Source of the DNA: Octopus bimaculoides
Taxonomy: Eukaryota
Assembly (NCBI RefSeq): GCF_001194135.2
Contig: NC_068984.1
Span: 84,110,737 to 84,174,736, forward strand
Reading direction: 5' to 3'
Length of the DNA: 64,000 nucleotides
The notes beneath the pieces were generated by a model. The model saw nothing but the letters and a program-made list of their open reading frames with translations. It did not search any database and was not told where the DNA came from. The position numbers were made by a program, and so were the translations under genes. Below, piece by piece: positions 24,651-33,059 of the stretch; position 1 is the stretch's first letter, and each line of letters opens with the position of its first letter.

Positions 24651-27597
24651 AACACAAGAACATACATGGTCAAATGGCAGTCATTAAAGCAGTAACAGAA
24701 ATGCCTTAGGGCATAGATTCTGGTTTCTTGCATTCTGAGTTCAAATCCTATTGTGGCTTACACTGTAGAAGACACAATCTGTTGCTCAGTTTAAAACCAC
24801 CAATCAGTCCTTGAGGGCTTTAATGGCAATCACTGTGTTGCAAGCATTCATCTAGGTCACCAGTCTGAGGGGTACATTTCTCCCTCTCCCTCATCAGGTG
24901 TGATATATATATATATATATATACCTGTATATTATATAGTCATCTGTGTACATTGTTTAACATATATACACGACTGAAAAGCATGATGCTGTGGATTTTG
25001 CCTGAGAGAAAATCCCTTCATAGACATGTGTTAAAAACACACTACATATAAGAGTGAAGTGAACATCACCTCAGTAATGACTCATGAGAGTGCCAGACAT
25101 GTTTCAGCCTTCTTGAGTCTTGCTGATGATGTGTATCCACTTGTTACATGCCTAAACAAAACATTTCCCCTCTGATTTATAGGAAATTGAATACATTCAC
25201 TGATATTGTGAAAAGCTTGCTGAGCAGTAATTAACTTAGTATATGCAAACGAAACAGTATTAAATTAAAATAAGAGTATCTGTGCAAATTCCACAGCCCA
25301 TTCTATAGTACAGTGTCAGCCATAACACTCAGTAATAATACCCTGTCATCTCCTTCATAATCTTTTGATTTAATTTTAGGAAATCATGTCTATTTTCTTT
25401 GGTCATGTTTTTTCCTCTCACCTGTTTTCTTGTTCTGCCTGAAGTAAAATATTCTTGCTTCATTGTTCATATTTTACTTTCTTGATTAAGAATTCTCATT
25501 CTTTCCCTGACTGCCTCAGCTTTGTCAGATGACATCTTCTAGCTCCATTTCTTGCATTGAATTTATTCCTTTTGCTCCAAGTCAATGCCTTTCATCATTA
25601 CTGATTCTTGTCTCTTTATTCCTAATTCTTATTTCTTCTCTCCCCAGTCTTACTCAGAATCTTCCGTCTTTCTTGAGTCAATTCTTACTGCTGTGCACTA
25701 TGATCATTGTCTGCTGTAACATACTAAACTCTGTTTCCAGTAATAAAATAATTTAGACATTTAATCTTCATGCTCTAAGATGCATGCATTATATCTTCAG
25801 GTAAATAGTGAGAGAGAGAAAGAGTCACACAAATACTAATGACATGCATGCATTTACATCCCCTATCTCACACACAGTTAATTGCTGCATGTATGCACCA
25901 ATAGTGAGCAAATGCCTGTTGCCTTTGTTTAAATTTCTTTCTCTATTGCACACACAATTTTATCATCCTACTTCCACAGCATGAGATTTTTTTACACCGC
26001 AGGAATCTATCACCAACATTTTAATATAGACTTTAAATCTCTCTCACACACAAACTTTTACCATCCCCTTTCCACAGCAAGGCAAATTTTTTATATCATG
26101 GAAATCTATCAATCATACTTTAATATGATAGACAGATATCAGAAAAAGTAGGTGGATATACAATCTTCACAAAAATGACTAGCTCTAAGATACATGCATT
26201 AAATTGCCAGGTAGTGAGAGAAAGAGAAGTCAAACATTACTAGCATGTGCATACATATACCCATATACCTCCACTTTCTCCCACACAGCTAATTGTTGTC
26301 TATGTGTGCACCAAAAGCATTTGTGTGCTCATGCCAGTAGCATTCATTTGAATCCCTATCACACACATTTACCATCTCCTTTCTACAGCATGAGGTTTTT
26401 TTTTATACCACAGGAATCTATTGTTGGCACTTTAATATAATACATAGCCATTTGTGTACTATACTTAATGTTTAGACATCATTGAAATGCATGATACTGT
26501 GGCTTTCGCTCGAGAGAAAATACCTTTATAGATAGTGTGTTTTGGCTTTCTTGAGTTTGGTCAATGATGTGTACCTGCTTGTTACATACCTTAACAAAAT
26601 TTGCCTTTCCAATATATGGGAAATAGTGAAAAATGCATTCACTGATATTGAAGAAAGTTTGCTGGACTATAATAAACTCAGTGTATATAATTGGAGCAGT
26701 ATTAAAATGGCCACCCATACCATACCTAACACACCATTAAAAAGTATGATGCTGTAGTTTTTGTATGAGAGAAAATATCTTCATAGACATGTTAAAATCA
26801 TGATATATATATCAGAGTAAGGGGTACATTGTCTCAGTAGTGACACACAAGAAGACCAGATATATTTCTGCCTTTTTGTACCTTGTCAATGTTGGAGTGC
26901 AAAACCTATCAAATTAGTATTGCATCTGTCAAGGGAATATTAAAAATTAACTTTCACCCATGGGGTAAATGGGTGAGATTTGTGTCCCACATTTAGTGGT
27001 GTGAGTGAAAGAAATTATCTAAAATCGAAATCTGATTTCAAAACTAGCCAACCGAGAAATTTGTAAATTGAAATCTAAATAAATAAATATGGCCAGTTAC
27101 AATCGATTTATGCTTTTTTTGATGTTTCCTTTTTTTCTGTGTCCATGCAGTCATGAGCAAACACAGGCACCCCATCCACCACCCCATTCTTGTCCAAGAC
27201 GTAACAGCTGGAGGAAGAGAACATTACATTCACAGCACTTTATTTTATTGACTCCAGAAGGATAAAAACATAGGATTTCAATTCAAAATGTAAAGACAAA
27301 ACGCAAAGCATTTTTCCAATGCTCTGACGATTATGCCAATTCATCATCATAAACTGAAGAGTAAAAAGACATTAAATGTTTAGGAAAGAGAAAGGGAGTG
27401 CATACTTGTGTAAATAGATATCCCATATTTTAACAATTTCAATCTAATAATAATTTTGCATTTTTAGACAGTAGACCATGCACTTAGATTAAAGATGCTT
27501 TCACATGATTAGTTGAGGAGAAAGGCGAAGAGCGAGAGAAAAAGAAGAAAAAGTAGGAAGAAAAAGAGAATAAGGTAAAGAGTAAGAGAGAAAGAGA

Positions 27598-28190
27598 AAG
27601 CAACTAATTAGTTAAACAAGTAACTAATTAAGCAAGCAACTAATTAATGAACTACCTAATTAAGCAAGCAACTGATTAATTAACTAGACAAGCTAGAAAG
27701 CAACTAATTAACTAATTAAGCAAGGAAGCAACTAATTAACTAATTAATTAAGCAGGCAAGCAAACAATTAACTAATCAAGTAAACAACTAATACATTTAC
27801 TAATTAAGCATCTAATTAATGAACTAATTAAACAAGCAAACAACTTTTGAACTAAATTAAGCAAGCAACTAATTAATTAACCAACTAATTAACTAATTCA
27901 GCTAGCAGGCAACTAATTAACTAATTCAGCTAGCAGGCAACTAATTAATCAACTAACAAAACATGCAAGCAACTAAACAACTAATTAATTAACTAAGCAA
28001 GCAAGCACCTAATTAGTTAAGAAAACAACAAACTAATTAATTATGCAAGTAACTAATTAACTAAATAATTAAGAAAGCAAGCAACTGATTAACTAATTAA
28101 GTAAGAAAGCAAGCAACTAATTAACTAATTGATTAAGAAAGCAACTACTTCATTTACTAATTAATTAACTAATTAAGCAAGAAACTAATC
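27598..28190 (+). repeat. AT-rich cryptic satellite built from AACTAATT and AAGC modules
   Basis: About 30 TAATT cores in about 590 bp with irregular period. Confidence 0.9.
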
Positions 28191-28305
28191 CTTTTCTTTT
28201 CAGCTGCTTCAATGGCTGCATCAGTGATCACTGCAACCCTCACTGATGAGTGGAGAGTGATCACTGATGCAGCCATTGAAGCAGTTGAAAAGAAAAGGAT
28301 TAGTT
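28183..28305. repeat. Inverted repeat, 50-bp arms, 23-nt loop
   Basis: 28183-28232 versus 28256-28305: 49/50 complementary. Confidence 0.95.
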
Positions 28306-28469
28306 CATGTCATCTTCATGCTCAACCTGTTGCATTCCAACTGGTTCAGGCAAACCAATATTAAGGCAGCTAGCGCCATTTTCAATTAGCACAACATTTA
28401 TGGAATGTAGAGGCATATTTTCTACCTGTTCTGCATTCAGACCTCAGTGAACATAATCTACCATTATAG

Positions 28470-29470
28470 AATCCATCTAGGATTCACTGACGACATAGCA
28501 CTGATAGTGGAGAGCACTGATTAGCCTCCCACAGCATCGAAATCAATGCAGTACTGCAAGCTCTCAGGAAACAAAGTGCGATGAGCAATACGTCACCCTC
28601 CTTAGGGATGTGGACACCAGGTGTACAACAAATGTGGCCCTGTTATCCTAATCAGTGACAGTTCCAGTGGAGAAGGGTGTTAAGCAAGAAGACACCATCT
28701 CTCCTAAGCTTTTCACTGCATGTCTTGAGATGGTCATACGAGACATGAACTGGGATGGAGTCATAAGGATAAATGGAGTGCTGCTCACCCATCTAAGATT
28801 CACTGATGATATAGTACTGATAGTGGAGAGTACTGATCAGCTGCAGACCATGCTGCATGAACTGGGTTTCAGTACTTCAACCGTACGAAAACCAAGTACA
28901 CATAATCTGAAGGCATACTGGTAAGTTGCCTAACAGTTGGAGGCAATGGAATAGAGGAGGTGAGCAGCTATGTGTCTCTTGGTCAAGACATGACTATAAG
29001 GCAATGAGATCTCACGATGGATAAGAGCATTCACCTTGGTGAAGGGTGTGTTGAAGGTGAACCTAGACAAGGCAACTTGCGCCCATCTCTTCAACAGCAC
29101 AGTCTTGCCTGCAATGCTATATGCATGTGAAACTTGGGCCTTGGCGAAGAGAGAACAACAACATCTGCTTACAGCGCAGAGAGCCATGGAAAGGTCTATG
29201 TTGGGAATCGTGCTAAGAGATCACATCTGGAACAAGATCAGGAACAATAACTGGAATGAAAGACGTTGCAAAATACCACCATGCAAAGCTATGACGGGCT
29301 AGTCATGTCGCAAGGTTCACAGACAACTGTGAACCCGTGCAGTTGTTGAGTGGCACCTGCACAAGTGGAAGAGACCACTCAGACCTCCAATCAGGTGGGT
29401 AAATGATTTGAGAAAAAAATTTGGAACAACGTGGAGAGCATGAGGGGAATGGACTGAGTACTGTGGCCAG
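28470..29470 (+). mobile_element. RTE-clade LINE reverse transcriptase relic (second RTE lineage)
   Basis: SIEINAVLQAL..., GVKQEDTISPKLFTACLEMVIRD, HLRFTDDIVL and LFNSTVLPAMLYACETWAL...QRAMERSMLG motifs, with frameshifts and stops. Confidence 0.9.
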
Positions 29471-30483
29471 AGAAGCCAACTCAGCACCAAATAGCCTGGC
29501 TAATCCAGGTGAATATTACGTTCCCCCTACCTCACATCACAGATGCTTCTCGCTCAATCTTTTTCTTTCTCCCTTGATCTGTCTCACTCGTCCCTTATCC
29601 TATTTTTCTCTTTCTCTTCAACTAATCATGTGAAAGCATTACAATTACGTTCCTTCTACTTCATGCCACGGACACTTCTCTCTCCATCTTTTTCTCTTGC
29701 TCTTCGCCTTTACTTTCAACTAATCACGTGAAAGCATTACAGATAGGCTAAGTAATGTACAAACAAGCAGAATTATTATAAGACTAGTGAGACCTGTGAA
29801 TATTTCACAGAATTAATGGTAAATTTATTGGGTTATTTCTGAAAACATCATCCAAACAACCTAAAAGCATAGCCTGATTGTCTCGGTTTCAAAAGATAGT
29901 CGCTCAACTGTTAATCATAGAAAAGTGAAGGAAATTGAAATACAATGATTACTTAATGTACAATTTTATAGACTTAATACACAACATTCTCCCTCTTTTT
30001 CACTCTTCGTCTTATCCACTTTTCTCTCCTTTTTTTTTTCTCTTCGCCTTTCCATTCAACTAATCAAGCAAAAGCGTTACAGACGGGCTAACTAACGGAG
30101 TGACAAGCGAAAGTATTAAGATTATTGCTGTTGTCTGGTAACTCAGGTAAGACCCAATCAAGCAACCTATGATCAAATGTTTTCCATATGTGACCATCCT
30201 GCTGTTGGGTTCCACCGTTTCACTTCACAGCGTATCTTGGATCGCGTTACTACTGGAAACCTTCTTTTTAATATACTTGTGTGTAATTGGTAGAGGTACG
30301 TCACCGTTTCCGGCATCACAAAAACCCTGAACACTGGGTGTACGTATTCTTTACTTTCGCCGTGTAATTTTGGGGAAATATGGCTCCTGCCTCTGGGTAG
30401 GCTGAAATTTCAGCAATAATAAAATTGCATGCCTTTTATTGTTACAAGTGTGGTTGACAAACGTTCTTCATTAAGACAGAGTG

Positions 30484-30494
30484 CAAGATGGCGG
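30484..30494 (+). promoter_or_regulatory. YY1-type motif CAAGATGGCGG
   Basis: Near-exact match to the YY1 consensus CAAGATGGCGGC in the CpG-rich 5' part of NDC1 intron 1. Confidence 0.5.
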
Positions 30495-30933
30495 TTATTA
30501 TTGTGTTGTACAATTTTACGTTAGTCTAGTAATGAATTATTTCAGTTATTTCCATCACTTCTTCAATGATGTTTGCATGTATGTTGTAATTCGGTATTGT
30601 GTATAGTATATAATAGATGCTTTCTTTTGTGTAGATGAAAATTTGTTTTTCAAAACACAATTGAATACCGTAGCAGTGTACATACAAGGAAACAAATATT
30701 CTTAGAGTCGTTTCCAAAAAACGATAAAATTCATTATAGCAACAAATACCAAGAGAATGGTTTACTATTGAAAAATGGATACAGAGAATTATTAAAGCAA
30801 GTCTTTGAAAGAGTGTACAAAAAGACACATGGTGTGCGAATATTAAAAATGTGGGAGGCTGATACGTTCCATACAATTAAACTTTACCAAACACACAAAC
30901 TACAAGACGTTAAAGATTAACAAATTGTCCTAC

Positions 30934-30981
30934 CTCATAATAGAACCACTGGTCTATTGTTAACCCGTTGCTGGACAACAT
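30934..30981 (-). CDS. NDC1: NDC1 exon 1 (MLSSNGLTIDQWFYYE)
   Basis: ATG at 30981, 16 codons, phase-0 donor GAG|GTAGGA. It joins exon 2 to give DQWFYYE|VHRWRCGAS, matching the NDC1 N-terminus before TM1. It lies in a CpG-rich promoter region. Confidence 0.8.
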
Positions 30982-31270
30982 GCTTCAAGTATTTAGAAAT
31001 AGGCTGCTTTAACAAAAATCAACGAACAATTTGAAAATCTCATGTGGAAGAATTCAAAGAGAGCGCCATGTTCGATATCGTGTAAACGTGACTACAAACT
31101 TTATTTATATAAACAAAAAAAATATATTAAAAAATACATCTGTTAAGTTTTTGTCTAATTCTAAGTAATTCAAGAACTATTCGTATTGATATAAAGTAAA
31201 AACAATACATAGTAATAATTTATTACGTAAGAATTTCCAAGCTCCTCCCTGTTCTTTTTACCAAAACAAC
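30982..31270. promoter_or_regulatory. Bidirectional promoter / 5' UTRs shared by NDC1 and TAX1BP3
   Basis: 289 bp between divergent ATGs. CpG is retained relative to the gene bodies. Contains a YY1-like GCGCCATGTT (31063-31072) and a DRE-like TCGATA. Confidence 0.75.
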
Positions 31271-31312
31271 ATGGCAGGTCATACAGCCGGCGACCCTCTC
31301 GAGTGTTTCAGT
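31271..31312 (+). CDS. TAX1BP3: TAX1BP3/TIP-1-like PDZ protein exon 1 (MAGHTAGDPLECFS)
   Basis: Kozak aacaacATGG and donor AGT|GTAAGC, phase 0. Resembles the invertebrate TIP-1 N-terminus (GH.PGEAIECLS). Confidence 0.88.
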
Positions 31313-33014
31313 GTAAGCTTTTAATACTTATTTTTTTTTTTATACTTTGCTCTAACTTTATATGGCACTTATTATTTAATGTCCACTCGATATTCTAAAT
31401 ATATATATAATTACCCAATTAATTTTTCTTCCAATTGTAACTAGCCTTCGATTTTACCATTTTCTTTCTCCGAATATTTTAATTGTCTTATGTGTTATCA
31501 ATAGACAGATTGAATGAGTTAGAGGAATTAGACGACTGATTATTGCGAATCTCTTCTTTCATTTTTCCCCACCACAATATATGTAAATACAAATATTTAT
31601 ATAGATAATGTTAAACCATTTCCTTCGTTATTTATCTCTTCAAGCCATGCGGTCATTTATTATTCTAATGATTGGTGATAGTAGTTTTTTTCTCTTCCTT
31701 CCTTTGTTCAGTGTTACTTACCATCATCCTCAGATTTCCCCCGCTTTGTCCTTAAGGTTCTTAACTTTTTTTTTTTTGGCATACTACGTCTATTCTTTCG
31801 TACTTGCGCCACCCGAGCTCTTCGTTAATTGCCTTTAACATCTGATTGTCTGCCGTCTTTCCACCCGTTAATCCATTACAGTAGCCCTATCCAAATGGCT
31901 TCTGTATTAAACCAATATTCTCTTTTTAATGCCCCTCATATGTTGTTCCTGTGGCAAATAAAGAAACAACTATTATTATTTTCATAACTGGTTCTGCCTA
32001 AGCCCCGATCGTTTTTTCTAATTGCCCATATACCCTTCACTATCCCCCCTTCCTCCCCCGTGGCAAATAAAATTAATTATTTTTTTCTTTCTCCATCAGC
32101 TGGGTTTGAAAGTTAAAAACAATATTGTAATTTAAAGAATATAAACCGAAAGTTGTTTTGCGTATCTTTAATTTCTGAATTCGTTTTACAACGACAATAA
32201 TGGCACTTTTCTATGGAGCTTGAAAATATTTACAGAGAAATGCGAAGTACTGTCATTTATCCCTTTTTGCCCAGTGGTATTTACAACGTGAAATTAGATG
32301 CATCCAATTTGGGACAACGACGATAATACAGAAATTAAATTTGCCTAGGTCCTCTTAGTAACAAACCGTCTTGGATCGAGTATGTCTTGATTCTTTCCAG
32401 GGTTGATCAAATATGTACCGGTAATATACTGACCAAGTCAAATATACCTACACCCTTTTCGCACGTATCATACGCTTAAATGTATACACGCACAATTGTT
32501 TCACCAAGCTAAGGAACTATATATATATATATTTTTTAGTAGTGAAGTATGATTACTTGCTTTTATAGAGAGCAGGGTAACTGGGTATTACTTTAATACA
32601 AAATACTTTAGCGTTTTCTTTGAGAAAATTTTAGGTTCTATACTATCATATTTCAAACATTCAATCCAGTTGTATATGATTAAAAAAAATTTTTTTTTCT
32701 TTAGAAATATCTGTTCGATATTAAATTATATATTTACCATATATATATAATTTTTAATTACCGAAAGAAAAAAGTATTTGTATATTTGAAATTTAAAATC
32801 TCTAATACGTATTGGGTACACTGTCCAATAACAAGAAATCGGTGAGTGCTTTACACACACACTAATCAAATTTCACCACCACTCCTAAAAAAAACAATAA
32901 AAAACCTATTTGTCATTCATTGAAATCACTCCACTAATTTATGTGGGTGTAACTGATTTTTTTGTTGAGAAAATATTTCCACTTACACACACACACATAT
33001 ATAGTGAGAATTTA

Positions 33015-33016
<2 letters not shown>

Positions 33017-33057
<41 letters not shown>
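33017..33057 (+). repeat. Poly(A) run of about 40 nt
   Basis: Direct reading. Confidence 0.9.

Positions 33058-33059
<2 letters not shown>

Noticed and set aside
30193-30261. U4atac-like start ACCATCCT...GGGTT and a PSE-like CCACCGTTTCACTT
   Set aside because: It lacks the U6atac-pairing GCTAAC segment and falls in a dispersed repeat also seen near 33670 and 49345.
30170-30316. Minus ORF MPETVTYLYQLH... as NDC1 exon 1
   Set aside because: Weak donors and no similarity; 30934-30981 gives the expected WFxxE|V junction.
30526-30918. 116-aa minus ORF and a roughly 93-codon plus open frame in the promoter-proximal intron
   Set aside because: No recognisable homology, candidate splice acceptors lead to immediate stops, and a few frames of this length are expected by chance.
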